A stretch of 46,571 bases of DNA from Dehalococcoidia bacterium. GTDB taxonomy: Bacteria > Chloroflexota > Dehalococcoidia > Lucifugimonadales > UBA3495. The stretch spans positions 1 through 46,571 of the forward strand of contig JASLXV010000013.1 in the NCBI GenBank assembly GCA_030740155.1. Reading direction: 5' to 3'. The notes under the pieces were generated by a model, which saw only the letters and a program-made list of their open reading frames with translations, was not told where the DNA came from and searched no databases. The translations under genes were made by a program, and so were the position numbers. Positions 10,001 to 18,200 of the stretch are shown piece by piece (within the stretch, counting starts at the first letter, position 1; every line of letters begins with the position of its first letter).

Positions 10001-10628
10001 CCTCATCGCCGCTGTAGGTCTCGGCGATGGCCATGAGTCCCTTGGCCAGGTACGTGCTGATTTCGTCCCAAGAAAGCCGAACGAACTCGTCGCTGCCTCT
10101 GGAGTCGAATTTGTACTTGGTGCGCCGGCTCGGGTCGTCGGAGAGAGAGAGGAATCCTTCGTCGGCCCACTGCTTCCATCCCTTGCGGACCATGGGATAC
10201 CGCAACCGGTATGGCCCGTATACCCGCCGATGGAAAGTGTAGCCTTTCAAGCACATACGTGGATTCCAGGCTTGCGTTGCCTGGTTGCCGTACAGGTCCT
10301 TGTAGTTCTGGTGCTCGTAAGGTTGCTCCACCCGGGTCACCACGCCGTTGCGGACGAAGGCCTGGATTCGGCACGCATGGGTATCGTTGGGAGAGCAGAC
10401 ATAGGTGAAAGAGCGGTCGTAAGAGTACTGGTTGCGGTATACGTCCTCCCAGGCCCGGTCGGGATAGTACTCCAGCGGGTTATCGATTTGGGCGACCGGC
10501 CTGAGGTTGCGCCCCGCGAAGACCGGCTCCGCATCTAGACCCCGAAGCACACCCGCCGCCGCCACGCCCCCAGCAAGGGCGCCGGCCCCTGTGAGAAACT
10601 TTCTTCGGCTTATCCTACTGTCCGCCAA
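7080..10628 (-). CDS. nxrA: Nitrite oxidoreductase/nitrate reductase alpha (Mo-bisPGD) subunit, Tat-exported, anammox/Nitrospira type
   Basis: TTG start after GAGGTG. SRRKFL Tat signal, FS0 motif CSPNDTHAC...RMCLKG with Asp ligand, NWSNYTWHGDQAPGHPFVHGLQTSD (Mo-ligating Asp), GKNLIENKMPEAHW, WAGNYK, TPKSRHTVHSQW, FRYGSQQSITR. Confidence 0.93.
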   Translation of the reverse strand: MADSRISRRKFLTGAGALAGGVAAAGVLRGLDAEPVFAGRNLRPVAQIDNPLEYYPDRAWEDVYRNQYSYDRSFTYVCSPNDTHACRIQAFVRNGVVTRVEQPYEHQNYKDLYGNQATQAWNPRMCLKGYTFHRRVYGPYRLRYPMVRKGWKQWADEGFLSLSDDPSRRTKYKFDSRGSDEFVRLSWDEISTYLAKGLMAIAETYSGDEGRRRLIDQDGYEPELLEHWGGAGTRTMKFRGGMGLLGVIGKYGLYRISNMMALLDSRIRGVGPDEALGSRNWSNYTWHGDQAPGHPFVHGLQTSDIDMNDVRSSKLTIQVGKNLIENKMPEAHWLTEIMERGGRLVVIAPEYNPAASKADYWMSVRPGLSDTSIFLGITKSLMDKGWYDEPFVKQYTDFPLLVRTDTLQRLKGKDIFPGYSNQDLTKGPSSTIQGITSEQREIIGDPVVWDFNSNGFRAITRDDVGDTLTDKGIDPALEWTGKATLVDGSEVEVMTLWEMYKVHLRDYDMDTVHEICGVSKEMLERLTKDIARRFWDPDFMGKPREAYPISIHYGEGINHYFHATLHNRATYLPLMLVGSIGIAGSGAHTWAGNYKAANFQGSEWSGPGFKGWVAEDPFNPLLDSNQPMTKEYVHGYARGEEVGYWAHRDKALIVDTPKFGRKVFTGTTHLPTPTKVIWTTNVNLINNAKWAYELIKNVNPKVDMIVTQDIEMTATCEYADFILPANCWMEFQSLEITNSCSNPFLQIWGKDGIKPLYDSKDDLQIYPGVAEKLTELTGDPRFQDYWTFARQGREDVYIDRLLDTSTTSHGYTTKDVLDGKYGVRGGALMLFRSYPRIAFWEQVHESVPFLTDTGRLNAYCDIPEAIEYGENFVVHREAPEATPYLPNVIVSSNPFIRPENNGITPAMLLEKVQDADLRTVANNKLTWAEVKNTENPLWGLGYRFLCTTPKSRHTVHSQWTVTDWNFIWSNNFGDPYRVDKRSPGVGEWQIHMNPQAARDLDIADGDYVHVDANPADRPYVGWQQDDYFYKVSRLKIRVKYNPAYPYNFTMMKHASFIATERSVLAHESRADGRALSADTGYQSSFRYGSQQSITRSWLMPMHQTDNLFHKAKALMSFIFGFEADNHGINTVPKETLIKIEKAEAGGMDGVGVWTPATTGYSPANESSFMARYIKGDVTRVRS

Positions 10629-10670
10629 ACCTACACCTCTAGAACTGGATCGCTGTTACTGGCTGTGTTT

Positions 10671-11438
10671 TTACCTGGGCGTGTGGCCCGTTTCGTCATA
10701 CAGGTACACGATGACCTTCCACGCCTCGTCCGATGACAGGTCATTGGAGTGAAGTGTGGAGGCGTCGGGTTCTTGGTCTGAGGCCACCCAACGGGGCATG
10801 GCGCTATTGAACTGGTTCTGGATGCCGCCGGTGGTCAGCCTCCAATAAACGTAGGGAAGCGTAAGCTGGGCAATGGTGCCCGGGTCTTGGAAGCTGGCGG
10901 GGCGAATGGGATAGCGAAAGCCCTCGGCGGCCGGGCCTTTGCCATCCAGTCTTTCCCCGTGGCATATGGCGCAGTTGCCCCCGTAAAGGAGTTTTCCTTC
11001 CTCAACAGCCGCTGGGCTCCAGTTGGCCGGCTCCGCCGCCCATTCCGGCACCTCAATGCGGCTCAGGATTTCTTCACCCGCGGTGGGGTGCCGCTGGAAG
11101 ATCTCCACGGGCGGAGAGTAGCTGGGACGCATGGCGCCATAGACTCCCCAACCCAAGACCAGCGGAACCACCAGAAGCAGGATCCAGCGTTGTGCCCGGT
11201 GTGTTGCGGTGTCATTCGCGGTTCCAACGAAAAAGTCCCGGAACCGCTGCATCCGGCCATCATCCAGGGTAACATGGATGATGACGCCGGCAATCACAAA
11301 CCCCATGTACAACAAGATAATGCTGCCTGGGAACACGGGCCGGACGAGCTTCAGCAGGACGAACATCCCGGCCAGGACCAGGAAAGCGCCTACGGGCAGG
11401 GGCACGTTGCGGGCCCAGGATGGAAGGCCGGGCCTCAT
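10671..11438 (-). CDS. Membrane-anchored monoheme cytochrome c
   Basis: Three N-terminal hydrophobic helices, CAICHG heme site, NSAMPRW distal Met. Confidence 0.85.
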   Translation of the reverse strand: MRPGLPSWARNVPLPVGAFLVLAGMFVLLKLVRPVFPGSIILLYMGFVIAGVIIHVTLDDGRMQRFRDFFVGTANDTATHRAQRWILLLVVPLVLGWGVYGAMRPSYSPPVEIFQRHPTAGEEILSRIEVPEWAAEPANWSPAAVEEGKLLYGGNCAICHGERLDGKGPAAEGFRYPIRPASFQDPGTIAQLTLPYVYWRLTTGGIQNQFNSAMPRWVASDQEPDASTLHSNDLSSDEAWKVIVYLYDETGHTPR

Positions 11439-12280
11439 TGTCCACCTCCAGAGGAAAGAAGATAATCGAGCAGGGCTTCAAGTTGTCCGGCGGTCATCTG
11501 GTCACCGAAGGTCGGGGGCATGACGCCGGAGAGGGTTCCCTCTTTTTCGAAGGCGCCGGGGTTCACGATGGACTCTATTACGTAGGCCCTGGGGCTCACC
11601 CCTCGGCCCGACGCTGTGTCCTTGAGGCTAGCCGCGTCCAGGGCCGGTCCCACCAGCACCACGCCAGGATCCAGGCTGTGGCAATTCCCGCAGTTGAACG
11701 CGGTAAAGATAGCCACGGGGTCTTTGACCGACGCTTCAACTGGCGATGCGCCGCCGGTGGCGGCCACTCCACCCGCCGTATCCCCTGATGGCCTGGGGAT
11801 GTCGCCTAATTTCGCCGAGGGCGTTCCTCCCAGAGACTGCAGGTAGTTGACGACCGCCACGATCTCTTCGTAGGTAAGTTTTGCCGGGGCGCTCGTGGCC
11901 GCCGGCATTATGTCGGCATACCCTTCCACCAGGTAGGCGCCCGGCTCGTAGAGGGCCTGGGCCAGGTATTCGACCAGGTCGCCGGGTCCTCCATCTACGC
12001 CCTGGGCCCTTCGGGTGGCCAGGCCGGCCCAGTTTGGCCCCCGGCCTCCCCCTTGAACCCCAGACCCGGGCTCGATCGTGTGGCAGGCCAAGCAACCCCG
12101 CTGGAGCGCGATGGTCTGGCCGACATCCGCCAACTGGGCCGGGGTCATGCTCGCGCCGATGTCCTGTTTCTCAGGGGGGTCCCATTCCGTCTGAGGTATC
12201 CAGTTGGCGAACCAGACGAAGAACCCAAGGATAATCAGGGCCGGGGCGGTGGCCACCGCGTACTGCCGAACTCGCGTCAT
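11435..12280 (-). CDS. Membrane-anchored diheme cytochrome c
   Basis: N-terminal TM helix, CLACH and CGNCH heme sites, each followed by an MP distal Met. ATGA overlaps with both neighbours. Confidence 0.88.
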   Translation of the reverse strand: MTRVRQYAVATAPALIILGFFVWFANWIPQTEWDPPEKQDIGASMTPAQLADVGQTIALQRGCLACHTIEPGSGVQGGGRGPNWAGLATRRAQGVDGGPGDLVEYLAQALYEPGAYLVEGYADIMPAATSAPAKLTYEEIVAVVNYLQSLGGTPSAKLGDIPRPSGDTAGGVAATGGASPVEASVKDPVAIFTAFNCGNCHSLDPGVVLVGPALDAASLKDTASGRGVSPRAYVIESIVNPGAFEKEGTLSGVMPPTFGDQMTAGQLEALLDYLLSSGGGQ

Positions 12281-14049
12281 GCCCGCTCCCCCGCAGCCTG
12301 CAACCGCTGCCCTCTGCTTGCCTCGGCCTCTGCTTCAACCACCGGGTCCCTTCCCATCATGCCGGAGATGGCGAAGGAGACGGCCAGCAGGGCGAAGAAG
12401 ATCAGAGTAATCAACGTTATGACGATGGCGGCCTCGCCGAGAGACGGAAGACCAGCCCCGGCGGAGGTGTCTTCCATGATGCCGAAGACGTGCCAGTTGA
12501 GGCGGACGCCACTCCTCGCGTAGCCCATGAGCCCCATGAGCCAGACGATGACGAAAGCCAGGGCTATGAGCACGTACTGGCCCCGCTGGGGCATGCTGCC
12601 CCATCGCACCGCGGCCACCGTCTGCGACCCCCGCAACAGGAACACGTCCAAGGTAAAGGTGAAGGCGATGCCGATCATGAGGACCACGATCTGCAACACA
12701 GACGTGTCGATCCGCGTTTCTGCCGAGGAAAAGTAGCCGACCACCCCCAGTACCGTGATAGCCACTGCGGTCAAGCCCAGAGCGCCCCACTGGATGATGT
12801 TCCCGGTGCGGCTCCACGGAACGGTCAGAACCCGCCCGGCCCGGCGGTAGAGGAGGTAGCTGGCGTAGAGGACCACCAGGATCAGGGTGACGGCGATCAT
12901 CTTGGGGGCCATAACCCCCAACGCCCCCAGGATGGGGTGGAAACCGCCGGTGGACTCCTCAATGGAGGCCGCCATGGTGTGGGGGGTCGCCCACACCATG
13001 AACCCGACGATAAGGACGACGTTGAAGACGGGGGTCCACTTCCGCTGGGCCTCAGAGCCGGGGATGCGGATGAGGCCCAGCCAGGCGTAGTAGGCCGCGC
13101 CGATGAAGAGGACGGCGATGACGATGGCCTGGATTATGAACAGCCAGGAGAGAACCCCTCCCATGAGGGTCACACCGTAGGTGGCAGAGTAGGAAAACAG
13201 CTCGAAACCGAAATAGTAGCCTACAAAAGGCAGGAAAAGCATGGTGAACAGGGCAATGAGGTTGCCGGTGTACCCCATCCAGTCGTAGAAAGCCCGGTCC
13301 TCTTCCCGTTCCGCGGCAATGAACCGGTAGGCGGCGTAGGCCCCTGCCAACAGGGCGCCGAGGGTGATGTTGGCCACCAGCCGGTGGATATTGAGGGGCA
13401 TCCAGCCCGGGTTCCACACGGCGTTATACAGGCTGGTCAGGTTGCCTACCTCGTCCACGCCGCCGGGGGTCATCATAAAGGTGGCCCAGGAGTCGGCGGT
13501 GAACAAGATGGCGGTGCCAAAGATGTTCAGGGCCAGCCCGAGCAGCAGGTGGATCCATTTCTTGTTGCCTTGAAGCTGGTTCCAAGAGTAGTAGTAGAAA
13601 TAGAGGGAAAAGGTCTCGGCGAGGAAAAACAACGGGTAAACCCACATGGTGGGCCCCATAATGTCCGTAAGGTAACCCATGAAGCGCGGGTACAGGGTAA
13701 AGAGCAGGATAGCCATCATGGCACCCAGTATCGCCGTGATGGAAAAGGCCGGGGGCAGCAACCGGGCCATCTCGTGCGCCAAGCGGTCGAAACGCTTTTC
13801 CTTGCGGCGCCAGCCCATGAACTCGATGACCAGGGCGAACATGGGCACCGCCAGCACGAAAGCGGCGAAATTCAAGTGGAGCTGGGCCGCCATCCACACG
13901 GCCAGCCGGCTGCCGACGCCCGCAAGCTCCCGGTATTCTCCGGTAGGTGCCGGCCCCTGGGCCCAGACAGTCCCCGTCCCCAGCAGCAGCAGCAGGGCCG
14001 CCAGCGACAGTGCTAAAAAGAGCTTCCACGTCCGTTTGACGAACATCAT
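12277..14049 (-). CDS. CydA-like (cytochrome bd subunit I-like) integral membrane cytochrome b; probable quinol-interacting module
   Basis: Many TM helices. QLHLNFAAFVLAVP and PLNIHR His motifs align with CydA. The canonical GRQPW is replaced (GVRLNW) and the operon has no cydB. Resembles the bd-like proteins beside NXR genes in anammox bacteria and Nitrospira. Confidence 0.8.
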   Translation of the reverse strand: MMFVKRTWKLFLALSLAALLLLLGTGTVWAQGPAPTGEYRELAGVGSRLAVWMAAQLHLNFAAFVLAVPMFALVIEFMGWRRKEKRFDRLAHEMARLLPPAFSITAILGAMMAILLFTLYPRFMGYLTDIMGPTMWVYPLFFLAETFSLYFYYYSWNQLQGNKKWIHLLLGLALNIFGTAILFTADSWATFMMTPGGVDEVGNLTSLYNAVWNPGWMPLNIHRLVANITLGALLAGAYAAYRFIAAEREEDRAFYDWMGYTGNLIALFTMLFLPFVGYYFGFELFSYSATYGVTLMGGVLSWLFIIQAIVIAVLFIGAAYYAWLGLIRIPGSEAQRKWTPVFNVVLIVGFMVWATPHTMAASIEESTGGFHPILGALGVMAPKMIAVTLILVVLYASYLLYRRAGRVLTVPWSRTGNIIQWGALGLTAVAITVLGVVGYFSSAETRIDTSVLQIVVLMIGIAFTFTLDVFLLRGSQTVAAVRWGSMPQRGQYVLIALAFVIVWLMGLMGYARSGVRLNWHVFGIMEDTSAGAGLPSLGEAAIVITLITLIFFALLAVSFAISGMMGRDPVVEAEAEASRGQRLQAAGERA

Positions 14050-14083
14050 CCAACCCCGATTAGGTTATCTTTGGAGCCGTTTT

Positions 14084-14101
14084 TAGTGCTTTTTTTCACA
14101 A
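14084..14101 (-). promoter_or_regulatory. Rex-type operator
   Basis: Minus strand reads TTGTGAA-AAAA-AGCACTA against consensus TTGTGAA-N4-TTCACAA, about 35 nt upstream of the first operon gene. Confidence 0.65.
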
Positions 14102-14151
14102 GCGCGCCTCGTTAGTTCCCCTGGATAGTTGCATTTGGGAGACGCCCCGGC

Positions 14152-14448
14152 TTATTTGGGCGCCGCAAGCCCTGACTGGCTGTTGATGAACGCAAGAACG
14201 TCATCGAGCCGCCTAGTGTAAGCCAACTTACCGGTCTGCACGTGGGTCACTCTCCAGCTCCACACCGGGTCTGCTTCGACCTCTTGTGATTCAAGCCAGA
14301 CCGTCAAAACAAAGGACACTCCGAAACCCCGGGACCCCGCTTCTTTGCTGCGCCTGGGCCCACTTTGTGATACTTTTTCCGCACCGGATCCTTCCATCTG
14401 GCTCACGCGCGGCGGCCACGAGTTTTGTTTTTCCCTGATCCAGCCCAT
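14152..14448 (-). CDS. Small hypothetical protein
   Basis: SFVLTVWLE...W..RVTHVQTG......LDDVLAFI pattern, which I recall from small Chloroflexi proteins. Start uncertain. Confidence 0.6.
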   Translation of the reverse strand: MGWIREKQNSWPPRVSQMEGSGAEKVSQSGPRRSKEAGSRGFGVSFVLTVWLESQEVEADPVWSWRVTHVQTGKLAYTRRLDDVLAFINSQSGLAAPK

Positions 14449-14666
14449 GAGTTAATAAACGGCGCTTCATGGCCCGGGTCGCCGCAGCCTTTCAACGCCG
14501 GGCCGCACTTTGTGATGCATTTCTCACACTCAGCCCTTAAACCCCGCTTAAATATAACTGCCAAGATTTCTGCCCGCAATTCTGCTGGACAAGAGCGACT
14601 TCTGGTGCGGATTCCTTGCTGGGAGGCGCTTTCCTTGGGCTTGCCAGTGGTGGCAGCAGACTCTCT

Positions 14667-15647
14667 CTATTCCCAGGGCACTCGAAGCCAAGCCATGCCT
14701 TGGGATGAGAGTAGTATCGGGGCGTACAGCCGCGGCTCACAACGAACTATCGCCTCAAGCTGCTCGATGTAGTCCTGGGCTCGGGCAAACGCTTCCTCAT
14801 CATCAGAGAGGGCCACGAACGCCTGAAAGTCGTCCAACGCGGCGCTACACTGGCCGCCCAGCCACCGGGTGACACCTCGAGCGAAGTAAGCATGTCCGCT
14901 GTGCGGCTGGAGGACGATGACGTGATGGAAGTCCTCCAATGCCCGTTGAAACTGCCGCAACTGGAAATAAGAGAGACCTCTGAAGTAATAGGCTGCCCAC
15001 CAGCCATCATCATTCGGCCCGATGGCGACGGTGTAGTTCCGTATGGCCTCATCAAACTCTCCTTGCAGCCGGTGGGCTTCACCCATTCCCTCGTAGGCGG
15101 TAGAGGAGGAGGACCCCAGGGAGATGGCCCGGTGGTAGTCCTGGTCCGCTTGGGCAAACCGGCTTAGCTGTAGGAGAACATGACCTCTTTTCATGTATAG
15201 GCGAGGCGTTTCTCGAATCTCTATGGCATTGGTGTAGTCCTTCACGGCTTTCTCGTGCTCACCGAGCATGTAGTGGGCCTTGGCTCGGCCCACGTAGGCT
15301 GCCGAGTCGGACGGCTCGACGGCGATGGCCTGGCTGTAAGCGCTGACGGCCTCCTCCCAGTTCCCTAGAAGGGCCATCCGGTCCGCTTGCTTGGAATAAC
15401 GCCAGAGGTCCATCCGGGGCTTATCATCGTATTGGAGGGAGGCATCTCTTGGGACGGTTGTCCCATCGGGCAACCCGACGTCAAGGGGTGTGGGTGACAG
15501 GTACTGGCTCTCACCAGCTCCTTCGTTTGGTAACGGAGATCCCTCCGATCCACAGCCGCTGGCGGCGGCCCAGACCACCGCAAGGCTCAGCAGGAGCGGT
15601 TGCCAGGCTTGTCGGAGCTTTCCAGCTTGCGCCTGATTCACTCCCAT
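14667..15647 (-). CDS. TPR-repeat putative lipoprotein
   Basis: Hydrophobic signal ending ASGC, followed by about 6 TPR repeats (AYVGRAKAHY, LYMKRGHV, AYYFRGLSY, AYFARG). Confidence 0.85.
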   Translation of the reverse strand: MGVNQAQAGKLRQAWQPLLLSLAVVWAAASGCGSEGSPLPNEGAGESQYLSPTPLDVGLPDGTTVPRDASLQYDDKPRMDLWRYSKQADRMALLGNWEEAVSAYSQAIAVEPSDSAAYVGRAKAHYMLGEHEKAVKDYTNAIEIRETPRLYMKRGHVLLQLSRFAQADQDYHRAISLGSSSSTAYEGMGEAHRLQGEFDEAIRNYTVAIGPNDDGWWAAYYFRGLSYFQLRQFQRALEDFHHVIVLQPHSGHAYFARGVTRWLGGQCSAALDDFQAFVALSDDEEAFARAQDYIEQLEAIVRCEPRLYAPILLSSQGMAWLRVPWE

Positions 15648-15765
15648 GATCCCTCACAGACGCGCGGTGCGCGGAAATACATCGTAGGAAATACTGAGCA
15701 CTCGTTTAACCCGCACTAAGGTGCCGAATACTTTGTCAGACTTACTTGAGGCTTATATCAGGGGC

Positions 15766-15797
15766 AAAAAAATGCACCCGCGAGGCAGCGGGTGCAT
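15766..15797 (-). terminator. Rho-independent terminator of the SARP/BTAD regulator gene
   Basis: 10-bp stem ATGCACCCGC/GCGGGTGCAT with a 6-nt loop, followed by a T7 run on the minus strand, just after the stop at 15823. Confidence 0.8.
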
Positions 15798-15822
15798 CAT
15801 TGGGCGCGGACCGGGAAGTGCC

Positions 15823-18075
15823 TCAGCGTTCGCCGAACTCCCGGATGAAGAAGCTGAGTTCTTCGGTTTCAGGCAGCGGACCAACGTCCAATTCCCGGAA
15901 TAGAACCTCACGGCATATCTGGTATTGCCGCAGCGCCTCGTCGCGCCGGCCGGTTGCCCAGAGGGCTCGCATAAGCCCTTGGTGGTTCTCTTCCCTCAGG
16001 GGATCAATATTTAAGGCTCGCCGGTATGCTTGAACACTTTTCTCCGGGGCGCTTTCCTCCATGTGGAGGCCAGCGAGTCTTCTTAACGTGGCTAGAAACA
16101 TCTCCTTGAGGACCTCTCGCTCCTCGCAGCACCACTCTGCGTAGGACTCGTCCTCGAGAAGGTCGCCACGGTAGAGGTCCACAGCCGACTCGTAGGCATC
16201 GATAGCCGCTGAAGGGTCTCCCTGTCGTTCCTGGCGCTCACCCAGGCTGATGTACTCCCGAAACTCCCGAATGTCGAGCCGGTATGGAGCCTCTGGGTTA
16301 AAGTAGTAGCGGTCACCGTCGTTGCAAATGAAGACCCAATTTTGGTCTAGATGCGAGGGCTCCACCAGCCTTCTCAGCGTGTGTGCCAGGACGTAAAAGC
16401 GGTTGGCGGCGGCCTCGGGGTCTGCCTCTGGCCACAGGAGTTCCTCCAGAGCATCCCGTGACACCCGGCGTCCACCGTTAATCAGAAGGATCTGGAGGAG
16501 GTTCATGGCCTTGCGCCGCTTGAGCATGTTGGGCACGGCCAGTTTGCCCTGCTGGTAGAGTTCGAAGGCCCCGAAGCAGCGGATTTCTAGGAAGGGGGAA
16601 ACGGGCTTAGCCCGTGAGCTATGGGCTTTCGGAAGGGGCCCCTCAGGCGAAACTTCCGCGCGGGCAGAACCCTCTCTTGCCTCCTGGCTCAGCGTGTTGT
16701 GGAGACGCAGAATCCGTTCTTGATTTTGCAGATTCTTCCATGCCTGTCTAACAGTGAGAGCCGCTTGGTCGGCTGTGGTCAGCAAAGCTGCCATGTATCT
16801 GGTCGGAGGTGAAGGGCCGTGCCCGCCATACCCTATTTGGACAACGCCCACCTTTTCTCCCCCTACCAGAAGGGGTAGGCAGTGGACCACACCGCTGCCT
16901 ACGGACATGTGCCGGCACCGCGAGGGCCATTGGTGTCTAGGCCCGTACAAAGTAACGCCCCGTCCTTCGGCCAGAGCCGGGCACATCGATGGGTCTTGGT
17001 CTTTGCTGTCAGGGCACGTCACCACCGCGAAATCGCCCTCTTTCACCCGCCGCACCAGTCCGCGGTTGTTCCAGTCGTACACGGCCAGCGCTCCTCCGGT
17101 GGCCTTCCCTATGAGCATCATCTGGCGCAACACGCCAAGCAGAAGGCCATCAAAGCCCTGTTCGGCGTCCGGAGGGACATCAAACGGACCAAGCCCAATG
17201 GTCTCTTTGCTCTGAGGAAGGCTTGCTTGCAAGGCGGTGCTAATCGGGCGGCTGGCCCAGTTGAGAAGGCGAAGAGCGCGAGCTGGGTCAAAGTCGAGGC
17301 GCCGCGCCGCCACGTTGAGAGCACCTATGACCCCGCCGGGACCGAAAAGAGGCACGCACACGTAGGAGTGAAACCCTTTATTCTTCACCTTCGTCCGGAG
17401 GAAACGAGGGTCCTCGGTGAGGCTCTGGGTAATGATGGGAGCCGCACCTCTTTGTATTAATCCGGGGAAGCCCTCGCCGGGGTGAAAACGGGTGATCTGT
17501 TCGAAAGAGTTCCTGAACGGGCCACGATAGGCTGTGAGGAGCATGTCACCGCCCCGCGGCTCTACCATGAACAATTCTGCTGCTTCTGCGTTGACCGCCT
17601 CACGGAGCCAGTCCAGAGCTTTTTCGATGCTTTGCTCAGGGCGGTCCGGTGACATGGAGGTTATGAGGGTTGTCAAGGCCGCCAGATCATGCAGCAGGCG
17701 TGCTGCGGAGGTCCCGTCATGGCCAGGTACAGAGGCAGCTAGATCGCCGGCTGCCGGGGTCGGAGGCCCTTGCCAGCGCTCGGATAGCGAGACAACGGCA
17801 CCGCCCGTAGGTTCGGGAAGGGCGACAAGCTCGCCGATGAACCTCTTCTTCGAGGCTCCCTGGCTCGCCAGCAGCAGCGAACAGCGGGCCGTCAGGTGAC
17901 CACTTTGGATAGCTTTGAATGCCGAACAGTTGAAACGGCAGACCGACTTGCCGAAGGTATCACTGCCCCGCACCACCTCATTACACGTCCGCCCCAGCGC
18001 GTCCTTTTCCGAAACGCCCAGGGTAACGAAGGCCGCGTAGCTCCATGCGACGACCCGTTGCCGGTCGTCAATCAC
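15823..18075 (-). CDS. PAS-GAF-GAF-wHTH-BTAD (SARP family) transcriptional activator, DnrS-like
   Basis: Cys-rich PAS (TCNEV..VCRFNC), GAF (GEGFPG..DPRF..VCVPL), second Cys-containing GAF, LEIRCFG wHTH, LYRGDLL and DPLREE..LMR..G.R..AL.QY BTAD. The true start may be ATG 18122 across a 1-nt frameshift. Confidence 0.88.
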   Translation of the reverse strand: MIDDRQRVVAWSYAAFVTLGVSEKDALGRTCNEVVRGSDTFGKSVCRFNCSAFKAIQSGHLTARCSLLLASQGASKKRFIGELVALPEPTGGAVVSLSERWQGPPTPAAGDLAASVPGHDGTSAARLLHDLAALTTLITSMSPDRPEQSIEKALDWLREAVNAEAAELFMVEPRGGDMLLTAYRGPFRNSFEQITRFHPGEGFPGLIQRGAAPIITQSLTEDPRFLRTKVKNKGFHSYVCVPLFGPGGVIGALNVAARRLDFDPARALRLLNWASRPISTALQASLPQSKETIGLGPFDVPPDAEQGFDGLLLGVLRQMMLIGKATGGALAVYDWNNRGLVRRVKEGDFAVVTCPDSKDQDPSMCPALAEGRGVTLYGPRHQWPSRCRHMSVGSGVVHCLPLLVGGEKVGVVQIGYGGHGPSPPTRYMAALLTTADQAALTVRQAWKNLQNQERILRLHNTLSQEAREGSARAEVSPEGPLPKAHSSRAKPVSPFLEIRCFGAFELYQQGKLAVPNMLKRRKAMNLLQILLINGGRRVSRDALEELLWPEADPEAAANRFYVLAHTLRRLVEPSHLDQNWVFICNDGDRYYFNPEAPYRLDIREFREYISLGERQERQGDPSAAIDAYESAVDLYRGDLLEDESYAEWCCEEREVLKEMFLATLRRLAGLHMEESAPEKSVQAYRRALNIDPLREENHQGLMRALWATGRRDEALRQYQICREVLFRELDVGPLPETEELSFFIREFGER

Positions 18076-18200
18076 GAAGGTCGCCTCCGCTGGGTGGACC
18101 GCTACCCCGGTTCTGTCCCCATTTCCTCCTCCCGGTGCTTCGGAAGGCTCAGGTCCAGCGTGGTTGTGTCACGCCTCATACCACGGGTTGAGCACCATTT

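Noticed and set aside
8505..10538. 677-aa plus-strand ORF (and 7251-8216)
   Set aside because: Antisense shadow of nxrA caused by high GC and codon bias. No motifs.
12490..14016. 508-aa plus-strand ORF
   Set aside because: Antisense shadow of the CydA-like gene.
14511..14528. TGTGA-N8-TCACA upstream of the 98-aa ORF
   Set aside because: The spacer is 2 nt longer than Rex/CRP geometry, so it cannot be assigned with confidence.
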